A stretch of 64,000 nucleotides of DNA from the NCBI GenBank assembly GCA_951406725.2, contig OX597815.1, forward strand, positions 88,040,001 to 88,104,000. Direction: 5' to 3'. A model generated the notes under the pieces. It searched no databases and was not told the origin of the DNA. It worked only from the letters and a program-made list of their open reading frames with translations. The DNA is from Octopus vulgaris (taxonomy: Eukaryota). Position numbers and translations under genes: made by a program. This document shows positions 51,441-64,000 of this stretch, one piece after another (within the stretch, counting starts at the first letter, position 1; each line of letters starts with the position of its first letter).

Positions 51441-54400
51441 TTAATTCAATTCACCAATTCATTTCCCATTATAAAAAAAAAAGTTCTGTTTCTAAGTAAG
51501 TCATTTTTATTATGAGAAAAAAACAAAAGACAACTATTTAGTAATGACTTAGAAGTTTTCATTTGTATAATTCTTATGACTAATTTGTTTTATAATCCTG
51601 TTCTTTTTTTTTTGTGCTTGACAAGACAAGGCTGAACTTTTTAAAGAATATATATACTTTTCTGTGTCTATTGAGATATGGATTTACTGAATTTTAAATA
51701 ACACCCTCTCTTTTTTGTATCTCATAAAAGATGGTTTCACCTTCTTTACTGTAGAACCATCACTAAGCTCTGTTTCCACACGATAAAATTCCATTGTTGG
51801 GCAAAAGAATTAATTTTAAAAAGTTATTCAACATTATGTTTTTAGTTTTGTGATGAAACATTTAAGAACAATACAGGGCCCTGTTTTTAATGATTTATAA
51901 TTAGAGAATCAAAATAAAGCTGTTTGTGAAAAGAAAAAAAAAATTCCAACAGAATTCACTTATATTCTCTTCATTCTCATGCTATAAAAATATATACAAT
52001 GAAAAGAATGGAGTGCCAATAATAACAATGACAGTTGTATTGACAATTAATTCATAATAAATTGTTATTTAAAAAAAAATCTTTTGAAATAGAATGTATA
52101 TATAATTTAATAAACTTCAAGCACTGATCCATAACCCATTAAGGTCCCTTTCTCTAAACAATAGTTCAAAGGTGAACATATGGTAAATGTAAAAATGTCA
52201 ACAGTTCTTAGACCCTTCAAAATGTATATGGATCCAATGTGTCTGCATGTGAAATTTATCTTTATCTTTCAGATAAATTTCTCCTTTCCTTTGTGATGTC
52301 AGACTTCTTGGATAGCATCCCCAAATTGTCTTTACAAGATCACTTTATTCTGCATTGCTTTAGTTCACCTTGATGTCTGAAACAGGTACTTTATCATCTG
52401 AAAATATTACTTATGATATGTAACTATTTATATAACAGCATCAGTGCCAAGCAGTGATTAGGAATAAACAAACTTTAGGTTAGTTAAAATATGTTTGTAA
52501 TATATTTTAACTTCTAATGGAAAATTCACTGCAGTTTCCATGAAGAAAAAATTCTATCTTATGATAAAAGGTGTAAAAACACCTCTCATTGAGGAAGGCT
52601 GAAGAGCCAGAAACAGCCATTTGGGAATCCGATAGAGGAAAGCACTGGGCAGATGTGGTGTCTTTGCACCCTTTACTATAAGAGAGAATTTTTGCTCCAT
52701 GACAACTGCAGTGAATTTGCCTTTAGAAGTTAAAGATCTGTCACAGACATATTTTAACTAAACTAGAGTTCATAAATATTTATATCATTTTGTCCTATTC
52801 TATAAAATGGAATTAAGTACTGTTAGAGGTCCCTTTGAAGCAAATCTAAGCAAGTTACAGTGATTGGTGACAGGCATCCAGCCATAATACTGAGTAAGAG
52901 AAAGGAAAAGGAAGATAGAAAAATGAAAGTGTGCCAAAGAAATAAATATTACACTCCTTTAGAATTCCGTGAGAAATTATGCACTCTAAGCTACTACTAC
53001 AATATTATATGATCTTATTAGATGAAGTATTATTACTTCATGTACATATATATCATAATACACTACATAGCTCTGAAAAATAAAGATAAACAGTTAATTA
53101 CAGTGGAAAGTCCTGTTTTTTTTTTATTCTTTTCTTTTTATAATTGTAAATGTCTTTTCTCTGATTTTCTCATTCAGTTAAATTCTCAGGCAACTGACAC
53201 AGTTCACAAACAAATAATTAAACATTTTAATTATTAATAGTACTGTCACATACTGGAGATGGGATATTTTGAATGACTTGTACTGTGTTCCTACTAATAA
53301 AATCTTGGCCCTTAACTGCAGAGTTTGTTCCCCACCCTAACATTTGGTTAAATGCAGGGTTTATGTTTGAAATTATGAACTTAAAATATCTTGTTTCAAT
53401 ACAGTATGATATTATGTAAGAAATTTTACAGTCAATATTGAATTTTTTGTAGTAATTGGAAAATAATGAATTTGAGAGTGGCATATTGTATGTACAATAA
53501 TTGATTATTTAAAAGTTAATGACAAGTGGGTGGAGAATGGTATTGGGTGTCAAAATTAGGTGGCATATTTATGCAGAACTGCTTACACACATACAGATAT
53601 GTAATTTGAATGACTGATGCTTACTGAGTAAATGTGTTGAGTTTGTTGTAGTCAGCAGCAGAGGTAAAATTACTGCTTTTAAAAACCTGGAGAGTTATTG
53701 GTTAAACATGGAGACTTTGTGATGCAAGGATCCAGAATTGTAATTAATACAAAGATTATTCAAAACAAACCCTTCCATCAATTACTAATGTAGAAATACA
53801 AGATACTAAGAGCAGCATCTCTGAGCTGATTGAAGCAAAGCTTAGATGTGGTGATTTTTTTTAAACCACTGGGTCATAGCATACACCTGAATACTTTATC
53901 TTTATGAAGTGCATCTGGAGCATGTCATTTTGGCGGAATCTTATCCTCTAAGTTATACCCATACAAGCAGTTGGATTGCAAAGTAACAAAATATTTGGCA
54001 TTCTTCAGTGCTACTGTTATTTGAAGAGTGAGTTGCTTATGCCCTGTAGTACTTATTTCCAACTAGGTTGACTGGACTCTTGACCACAGACATAATGTTG
54101 CCTGGTGGTAAGATGTTAAATGCCAGCCGCTTGTTTGGTTGCCTGGTATGCTATTGACTCAGATATATGCGCTCATTAATTACTCTGGGATTTAATATAA
54201 CATTAGTAATATTCTGAAGCATTTTTGCTATTGCCTCTTCTGATTTTCAAATGTTTATGAATAGAGGACTAACTAAATTAGTATTCTGAGCTCTTAACAA
54301 AGGATAATAAGTTGAAATAGATTGAAGTTATTAGATCTGAATAAAAATAAAATAAAATAACATAAAACATTATATTCTTCATATATGTTTTCTTGAGCAT

Positions 54401-57400
54401 ATTCAGAAAGAAAAGGGCAACACCTATGAGCAGATTGGATACCTGGCCTGAATGACTCACCTACAAACTAGATGGTGGTATTAAACATGGCAATGAATTT
54501 TGCCACCCATGAACAGAGTCCATCCAATAGGTTTTCTCACAGTTTTTGTGTACCAAATTTCACTCAAAAGGCTTTCATTGACCTGAGGTTACAGCAGAAG
54601 ACACTTGCTGAAGATATGCAGTGAGATCAAACTTTAAATCATATGGTTGCAGTGTGAAGTTCTTATTTATCACTATACTTATGGCCATTTCATGCCAGTA
54701 TGAATTTTTGATGTTAATAAAAATACCATGGTAATGGTAACCATGATGATGCTGACGATAATGTTGATGATAGATTTTTTTCCTTTTTTGTGAGCAATCC
54801 TAATGCAGCTTGTAATTTTGAGTTTTTAGTACAGTTGTTTCAAAACTATTTTCTTTCATTTTTTTTTTCATATTGTTTATTGTTTGATTGCAAAATTGAT
54901 TTATAGGTTGGGTTTTTTTGAAATATGGCAAATTTAATTGCTGAATCCTCTGATTGCGGATAACTTCAGGTTAGGAATAACTTGTTTCATGTGCAATATG
55001 AAAGTTAGAAGTGTCACAGCAAAGATAGTTTAATGGGTATAAGATAGAAACTGTTGATGGTGAGTAGAGATGAACTGATTTCACATAGAATTTCTTCCAG
55101 TATATTCTCTGATGTTTATTCAGATGTAATCAAATTCTGCCATAAAAAAAAAATATATATATATAGATAAGGTCTCAAAATTTGAAGTCAGCATTCACCT
55201 AGTTTTTTTCCTTTTTCTCTGTTTAACCTACTTATATCTGATATTTGACAAGATACTATATATTTTTATAAGGAATACATTTCTAGTGATTTCTTGTAAA
55301 AGCATATTTAAAAAAAATTTTTCTTTAATTGTATCTTTTTTAAGATATTTTCCTTTTAGTGTTTGCATTTTCATATGGTCTTTTTTGAGCTTCATTTCTA
55401 TGTAGCCCACTGGTTGAAAAGAATGAACCATGACAGTATAGCACCTTGCTGCATGTCAGATGACAAGCACTATTCAAAGGGATCTAAAATATCCTACTGC
55501 TGGAAATGACTTCTGACACTACTATCTTTTTTTTTTCAGTCAGGCAACAGGGTTTGTTAATTGCTGACTTGTTACTTCTTGTGTTGCATAAATGCTTCAC
55601 TCTTTTTGGGGAAGCTGCTGAAAATCTCCACAAATTGATGATCCCTACCCTTAAGCCAATCAAAACTGATTGGTTCAAGAAAACCAATGTGATTGATAAG
55701 AAATTTGATGCATCTTCAACTAAGGCCATAAACAACTACAAACTAAAAGCTGTCTAATTGTGTATATGTTTAATATATGTCCATTAATATTGTTATATTT
55801 ATAGAACTTGCTTACTACTTCCAGTAAGTCATCTGGAAAGTTCATAGCATTCAGTTCATTACTGTTGAAGTTATTTAGGTATTATAGTACAGCTGATGAA
55901 CTTATGACTCTGTGTGTTTATTCTAAGTTACTTCTGCTTGGAATTTTGATAGGATATATGTGGAATGGTTATCAAGCTTATCTTTGAAGAGATAAGACTT
56001 GTTTAGAAATATATCATCTTGGAATTAAATCAGTGTCTTGAATATAGTTTCTCTTTCCTTTCAGTTTTTTTTTTTTTAAGTTAATTAAATGTTCTAGTTG
56101 ATAATTTTATTAGTAAATATTAAATTGGTATATCTTATAGAGAATTTAGAATTTATTGTAATAGTAAATTTATTTCCATTGTGTAAATTCTGTGTATGCA
56201 TCCATACATCTACATGCACGATATGCTTATGTATATGCATGTGTACACATGCACGCATACACACACACACTATTCGTTTTATGTGTATTTTTCTATGCTG
56301 GTGTTGGTTTTTAAGGCAGAATGCTCTTGTCACTGGCAACCTTTTTTTTTTGTTTTACAAGTGTGGCTCAAGTATGCAGAGCTAATGAGACATTATTGTC
56401 CCCAGGAATCTAAACAAGACAACACCGTATATATTTTTTACACTCAGACAATTTCATGCAAAAAGCAGTACTGACAGCTTAGACTTACACACACACAGAC
56501 AAATGACACTATGCAGTTTCCATCTACTGATTCCACTAATAAGACATCACTCAATCTGAAGCGATAACTGAAGACATTTGCTCAAGGTGTCACACAATGA
56601 GACTGAACCTAATACTATGTGATTGTGAAGTGAAATTCATAACTACACATTAATATTTTATATAATTCATTCCAATTTACTTATTTTCCTTATACATATA
56701 AATCTATTAGAGATCTTGCACCCTGATGTATAATGACTGTATATATAGTTCACTACCTGCTAGATGGGATATTATTTTGTTTTCTAGTTAGTCTTAATTG
56801 TGTGGCCATGTCTGATTAGTGTTTGCAACAAATTACTAACTTCATTTTAATCACTAATGTATTCTATAATTATTTTTGAATGTTGTATAATTCATTAAAA
56901 TATGCATGTTTCTACATTTAACTTAAAAAGAAACAAATAACTGAAGAACAACAATAATAAAGATTTCTGTTATACATTGCTAGTGCCTGCTACTTTGGGC
57001 ACATGTGTTCTGCTGTAAATTTGGGTTGACCAATGTTTCAGAGTAGAATTTAACAGAAAGAAAGTGTGCAAGAGCCTGTCGTGTGTGTGTGTAAAAATAA
57101 TGTATAAGTTTGTGCATGCCATATAAGCTAAACTGGTGTGTTGAGTTGTGTTTACGTTAGCGGATAACTTAGCCATTCACTAGAGAATGATAAAAAAAAA
57201 ATATACCAGACTGCAATAATTACTAATTGACTTGAAGTTGATGCACCAGCCTAGCTGGAGACCATTAAATAATACAGCATTTGATTGACACAGGCATGTT
57301 GCATACTTTTCTTTGACTTGTTAAGGAGATTAATGGATCAGGTCTGTCAATAGATAGGACTTAAGACTAGTGAAGGATTGGTATTCTAACAATGTTGTAT

Positions 57401-58020
57401 AATTTGTCTGTCCAGTGTCTGAAAGCAATGTACATTAGTTCTTTCTTTCTGGTAGAATTTCTCTTGTATAATTATTTAAAAATTTATGACTACTTCCTGC
57501 TTTGATTTCTTCTGAACTACTTCCTAATATTTCTACATGATATTTCTCTCTGGTTAACAGCATTATCACTTTATGTCCATTTTTCATGCTGGCATAGGTT
57601 GGACTGGTAGTCTGAGTCAGTTCTTATTTGGAGTTATTGCCATCCTGGATGAGTCTGAGCACCATATCTCACTTGTAGATTCCATTTTGTCATGCTTTTT
57701 AGGATACTTTTTCGTAATGCCTGCAACTTTACAGAATGTATTGAGAGTATTTTTTTATCACAGCACCAGAGAAGTTGCCATGTCCTCTGCAAAAACTGAA
57801 GAGTCTTCTCTTTCTAACATTGTCTCTGCTCACCAACCACATTATGGTGTATAGAATGCAGTCTATCATGACTCCGGCACTTTGTCACTTGGAAAACTAA
57901 TGTCCTCTTTTCTCTATATTGTCACTGTCTCTTCTAAGCAAACGTGACCAAGAGAGTGAACAGGAAAAATGCTTGCTGACTGAAAAAGAACCAGGGAAAG
58001 GGGGTGAGAAAAGAAAGACA

Positions 58021-58546
58021 AAATCATGTAACTTGACAGTTCCAGTGCCTGTAGCAGATGATTCTCATCTGCCAACAATCTAAATAAGACTGCTTTTATG
58101 CAAGAGAGGTCCTCTCCAGGGAAATAATGGAGTTTTCAGTGTTCTAACAAAACATCCATGTTAAGTTGGATACAAAGATTGCCTTTTGGTATTAATACTG
58201 TATTTGTTGCTAATAATTATTTTTTAATAAGCTTGCTGGCTCTTTGTAACATCAGTGCCTGAAAAGACACTACAGTTCTATATATCATTGAGATTTAGTT
58301 GTTATGCAGCTACTGGATGGCTGCCACTGAAGAGACCAGGCAGGTGAAAATTACATGATCTGGCAATTCTGGTGCCCTTAACAGATGATTCGCATCTGCC
58401 AACAATATAAACAGGACTGTTTTTATGTACTATGTGTGCATATGAGAGGTCCTCTCAAGGTAAATAATGCAGTATTCATTGTTCTAACAAAACATCCACA
58501 TGAAGTTGGATGTAATGATTGCCTTTTAAGAATATGAATACTATGG
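58021..58546. repeat. Diverged direct repeat (58021-58201 and 58348-58546) with three conserved palindromes
   Basis: CAGATG-N5-CATCTG, GAGAGG-T-CCTCTC and ATCCA-N8-TGGAT in both copies, same order. Confidence 0.85.
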
Positions 58547-59179
58547 TAGAAACAGAGTTCTAGAAAAGAAAGATTGCTGAGGGATGAAGTAATGAAAGAG
58601 AGAGGCAGTGACAGGCAGATATATGCTGGTTGTTGATAAGGAGATTGAATAGGAAAACAGCATGTGTGCTGTGATAGGGGTGAAACAGAATAACGAAAGT
58701 GAGGGAAAGAGATGTATGCCAACAAAGAGTGATAAAGGTGAGAGTTATGCGTATAAAAGACAGACAGAGAGAGAGAGGGAAAAAGGAAATGAGAAAGTAA
58801 AGAATTGAAGGATAGCAATAAGGATGATTGAGATAATGAGTGGTGGATAGCAGTATAGATGAATAATGGTAATCCAAAGTGGCAGATGTTAATAGAGTGG
58901 GTGATGGCTAGTAGTAAAGAATGATGATAATAGGAAATAAACTGAATATGAACAAATCTAATGCCTTCTTTTGTTACACAAGCATCATGATGGAAGGTGG
59001 GTAGAGTGAAAGTTATCATTTTCTAAAGTACTTTTGGAATTCTTTAAATGATTTCTAACTTCTATGTCATTTAGAAAATATTCTTAATAAACTAACTTTG
59101 TACTTCAGAAAAGAGGTGTAAGTAAGTTACAAGTGAATAAAACTCGCAATATTTTGAATATATATCTATGTTATATACT

Positions 59180-59258
59180 TTCATGGTGGGGTGTATGTTT
59201 TTATTGGAAACTTGAATGGGGTATGGGACAAAAGAGATTGAGAATCTCTGGTCTAGAC
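59180..59258. mobile_element. Probable hAT element terminus
   Basis: GGGGTATGGGACAAAAGAGATTGAGAATCTCTG followed by GTCTAGAC, a Charlie-type target site; partner TIR not located. Confidence 0.4.
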
Positions 59259-60545
59259 TATATCCCTCATGTAATCTGATTCTATATTTGTGACAAAGCT
59301 GATGTCTTTGTGATAATAGATATGTTAATTTACCTCTCCCATGGTATCCCTAAACTAATTACCCTTTCTAAACTCGCTGTTAATATCTTTACCATAACAT
59401 TTGTTTTTTAAAGACAGTATTTTCTGTTCTTTCGCTTATTGTAAAAGAATCTACTGGTTGTTCCACTAGTGAACTCTCTCCCTCTCTCTGACTGATAGAA
59501 TGATACAGTAATTTTGTTACATAATAACTTATGTATACAGTCCATACCTGAGATAATGAATGTTTGTTTTGATGTAAAGTAATGCAAGACTAGGTTGGTA
59601 ACAGTATCACTTGTTTGCATCTCTGATTATGTTACAAACAACCAATCACTCTATTATTTCAATTATAGTTCTTTTTGTTGTTTTTTTAAGTATATTGGAA
59701 ATATTAAAAGAGTTTGATGTGAGTAGCATCCAAACTTTCTTTTCTCTTTTATTGTTATTTGTTGTAGAAGTAAAAATGGGCATCATCTTTCCAATGGCAG
59801 TTGTTTACCCCAAGTCAGTTCTGATCATATTTTTTTAAGAGCTGTGTGTGTATGTGTGTGTGCATGAGGCAATGTGTTGTTCTTTTTTAAGAATGACAGA
59901 GTATCGTTTTTGTAAGATTTGGTTGTTATTTCAAACACATCTGTCTCCATCAAGTGAAAGTTCTCTCATCTCATTCTGATAGTTGCCTGAAGTGTTGTGT
60001 TTTGTATAAAATTGTCCTGTATTTGCTGCACTGCTACATGCCAATTAGAGCAAGGTGAAAGGTAAATAAAACAGAAATATGGTCAAGTAAGAACTGATGT
60101 CTGCTGAGGTACATAGTGCTGCAGAAACAAGACATTTTGCATGAATGTTCTCTTTGAAAGATGGATTTCTTAGATTGATGCATTACAAATTCATAGAAGA
60201 TGGATATAAGCAATCGAATTGATTTCAGTATATGCATGATATCAATTAACCCTGGAAAGATAAGCGCCATGTTTCATGCAGCCTGCTTCTCGAAAAAGGT
60301 TACCCATGCCTGATCTAGAGAGATGAAATAGTATAAAAGTATTTAGTTCAGCACTCTACTACTTCAGAGATTTGTGTTTTAGTATTACATACATAACCCT
60401 ATTATAGTTACATAATTGTGATGATGATGATAGCAAAGAACATGATTCCGAATTATTCTCAGGAGTATTCAGCCAAAATGCAAAATTCTCGTTTAGTGTA
60501 ATTTGGCAACAAAATAATAAAACCAAACCCAAGGAGGTATGTTTT

Positions 60546-60758
60546 TGTTGCTACTCTCTATGTCTAGGAGTTCATTTACTAAATCCAGCTTGCTTTCTTG
60601 CTTATCTCTTCCTTCCCCACTGTCTCTTTGTATTATGCATTTTATGCTAATACCAACACACCAATGCAAAAAGATAGTGGGTGGGAGAGATGAGATAATT
60701 AAGCATGAAAACAAGCTAGATTCAGTAAGTGAGCTCCTGGATATAGAGACTAGCAACA
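60546..60758. repeat. Fold-back element (long imperfect inverted repeat)
   Basis: 60546-60604 vs 60700-60758: 50/59 complementary by manual alignment; looser pairing continues inward to ~60635/60663. Confidence 0.85.
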
Positions 60759-60790
60759 TTATGTATTTTATATTAGTATTAACACGCTGT

Positions 60791-61142
60791 GAAGGCACAT
60801 GGCTCAGTGGGTAGTGTGTCAGTCTCACAATCATGAGGTAGTGAGTTTGATTCCCAAACCGGGCTGTGTGTTGTGTTCTTGAGCAAGATACTTTATTTCA
60901 CATTGCTCCAGTTCACTCAACTGTAGAAATTAGTTATGATGTCACTGGTGCCAAAGTGTATTGGTGTTTGCCTTTCCCTTGGATAACATCAGTGGTGTGG
61001 AGAGGGGAGGCCGGTATGCATGGGCAACTGCTTGTCTTCCATAAGCAACCTTGCCCAGACTTGTGCCTTGGAGAGGAACGTTCTATGTGCAATCCCATGG
61101 TCATTCATGATTGAAGGGGTTCTTTACCCTTTTACCCTTACC
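60791..61142 (+). mobile_element. Full-length tRNA-headed SINE family D
   Basis: A box TGGCTCAGTGG, B-box-like AGTTTGATTCCC, (TTTACCC)n-like tail; homologous to 7025-7335. Confidence 0.85.
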
Positions 61143-61790
61143 AACACACTATCTTTAAAATAGTGTATTGACAGCAATATATATATATATATATGTAGCA
61201 ATTATTTAGTGTATATTCTTACATCTTTTGTTTATTTGTCTTTATATTTTTAGTTGTTTATGTTTGTTGAACAGTATTGATTTTTCATATCTGATTATAT
61301 CATTGGGTCATCTTCTTATGTAGTCAGTCATTGTTTGTTATTTGTGTTTATGTTGTTCCTTCACCTTAGGTTTGATACACAGTATGTCATAATTTATTAT
61401 GTTGTTTCTTTTTCGTGTATGATTAGCATTTGAAGGTACCAACTGATTTGACACAATTTGGTTTCATTTTGTTCTTGTGAAAAATTCTTGTTGTGATGTA
61501 TATACATAATAAAGATATTAGTTTTGCTGTTTGGGCTAATTGACCATTGAAATTCCCATTTGATTTTTTGAACTTTGAACCATTGTTCTAGCCTCTATAC
61601 TAAAGATAGCCATTAGCAATCTTACAGGGATATATATATATATAAAGTATGGGGGTTTAGTTCACAGGTGATCTCAATGATTAGGTAAGTGGTGTAATGG
61701 ATTGCTAGGACTCCAAGGTTATAGCTGAGACAGTAAAGGAGCCATTGCAGATTTCCAATGCAGCAGATATATAACAATTATATATATTTA

Positions 61791-61847
<57 letters not shown>

Positions 61848-63457
61848 GATAGATAGATACATAGATAGATAGATATACTCACATGCACACACATTTGATG
61901 TCTGCCATACATGACATATGGTAGTTATTTCTCTCTCTCACATAGATCATGATTTATTTTTTTTTGTGACATTTACCGAATGGTAATATCATTGGAAACT
62001 GCAGTAGGTCATAATTTGGATGAATGGATTTTATTGTTGCAAATAGGTGTGTTATACACATCCATGATAAATCATTGCAGTAGTAGTCTTTCCAAATTAG
62101 TATCACTATTGCTACTTCTGCAGTTAATTGATTGTATCTTTAGTTGCCAATATTAAGAATCTATTTATTTTCAGGAATACCAATTCATTACTTGAAGAGA
62201 TCTCATGTTATCTCTATGTAATGTGTTAAGTATTTACTTTCTCCAATCCAGTTCATAATGCATATCATTAATGTATATTTAAGCAATTGAGCAAATCCTG
62301 GTTATTTATTTTCAGGACAAAGTAAATTTGAATCTAATCTGTGTATTTTATGGGTATATGCACCATTTTTATTTGAATTGTTCTTTTTGGTGCCTAATAA
62401 TTCTGAGGATGTAAAAGCTAAAGCTGAGCTATTAAGTCATAGTCTATGTTTTGAAGCTAATATCCTTTACATTAAATAGATCTACATATTAAAGTTAAAA
62501 GTTCTTTAATTGCTGAAGATGAGTCTTGAATAGGTGTCCCATTACTACAACAGAATGGGAACTTAAAATTTGCATTTGAGTTGCTTGCAATTCTTTAATT
62601 TAAGCATCTTATTGTTCTACATTTTAAAACCGTCTTTCCAATTTTTCTTATTGTATTTGAAATAGTCATGTCTTGCTGAACTTCTTGCATTCTTCTTATA
62701 CTAGATCTTCATGTTCAGTCTCTGTCTTGTCTGTGTTATATGTGACCTGTAGTTGCTTATACCTTTTCGTTAGCCTCTGTTCTTCTGTGATTTTTCTGGC
62801 TTTGTAGTCTTTATTCTAGGATTTGTGAGTTACAACAAACACATTCTGTCTTGTTTAACCGACATCTTGTTGCAATGGTTAACATTGTTTGATTTCTAAT
62901 TTTGACATTTTATTCTTAATTTTTTGCTGCACCTAAATTTAAACTGAAGTCAATTCCTGTTTATAGTGTTAAGAAATGAAATTTAGGAAAGCAAGAACTG
63001 AAAATGAAGCTTAGAAAACTAAAACAGTAATTCGTTATGAAAATTGTCAAAATATAAGATGCAAGACTTTAAATGACAAAGTTACAATTAATTATATTAT
63101 TAAATATTCAAAAGCACTACATTGGCTAAACCAAACAATAAGATAAAAAATTTGAAGAAGTTAGTAAAAATTAATATATTATTAATGAAAAGGCATGAGA
63201 AATGTTTTCAAAATATAAAATGTATAATGTAGGACTTGTTGAATAAAACATTAAATGTAATAAAGGAAAATTAATAATAACAATAGATATTGCAAATGTT
63301 TAAATCATGCATATATTCAAACCTCCAAACAATAATTCTTAAAGGAAAATATAGAAATTATCAAATTGTAAAAATATGATCACAAATGTTGTAGTTATAA
63401 AGTTAGTCAATATTCAGTGATGTTGTGGAAAGAAAATGTGAAAACTAGATGAATATA

Positions 63458-64000
63458 CAGTAGAAACTCAGTTCACAACACCTCTCATGATGAGCAAATC
63501 AATTTACAAACAATTTTTTTTAACATAAAATATCTTTGGCGACAAATGGTGTAACAAGCATGCAAACTGGAAACAGTAGTTTGGGACAAGCTGGGAGGAT
63601 CAGCTGGAGAGCATCAGTTGTTGTCTAGCTCAGTGCATATCTCTGCTCAAATTCACTATGCATTCTCTTGAATTTGATTGGTTTGTGTTTCTTTTTATAA
63701 ATTATTAGATTAGATAAGATACCATGGGACCAAAGAATGATAATGATAGCCAAGTGAAAAGAAAGGAATTCTGATAGAGGTGAAGAAAGAAATTATAGTC
63801 AGGCATGATAATGTTGTTCATGTCTCTAATCTTGCTATGCAGTTTGGTATGTCAAAATCAATGATCTGTACTATTCTCAAAAATAAAGAGCCGATCAAAG
63901 GAGCCAATGTTGCAAGAGGAGTTACAGTTCTTACTAAACAAAGATCACAAATGATTGAATAATTGAAGAAATTGCTGCTGATTTGGAATAACCAGAAACA
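63458..64000 (+). mobile_element. pogo/Tigger-like DNA transposon, 5' end (runs off the window)
   Basis: TA|CAGTAGAAACTCAGTT terminus; MGPK start at 63724, then IEVKKEII...LAMQFGMSKSMICTILKNK..RSQMIE*LKKLLLIW, a CENP-B/psq-type HTH; frameshift and stop present. Confidence 0.85.

Noticed and set aside
58423-59019. 198-aa ORF, longest in the window
   Set aside because: Low-complexity Ser/Leu/His translation of a purine/pyrimidine-biased tract similar to LINE-associated tracts at 5460-5740 and 16660-16950; no domain.

Overview
AT-rich eukaryotic non-coding DNA. The repeat families (tRNA-headed SINEs, RTE-clade LINE tails ending in (GAT)n, many (TA)n/(CA)n microsatellites) look like an octopus/coleoid cephalopod genome; this is recognition from sequence, not a database result. 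No intact protein-coding gene is supported, and most listed ORFs are artefacts of microsatellites and repeats. The window is a mosaic of decayed mobile elements: several SINE families, RTE LINE fragments (F/YxDD RT motifs), Tc1, mariner, pogo/Tigger, hAT and TTAA-flanked MITEs, a near full-length MULE with TIRs/TSD, and Penelope-like fragments carrying hammerhead-ribozyme cores. CpG is common up to about 3.6 kb and rare afterwards, consistent with a promoter followed by a very large methylated intron. The best leads are a (TA)n-flanked Penelope-like fold-back with two inverted hammerheads (43.1-44.2 kb), a young concatemer of an RTE 3' UTR (35.2-36.4 kb), a CpG-rich multi-hairpin element (26.9-27.1 kb) and a duplicated three-palindrome module (58.0-58.5 kb). 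All alignments, translations and folds were done by eye and most element boundaries are approximate.
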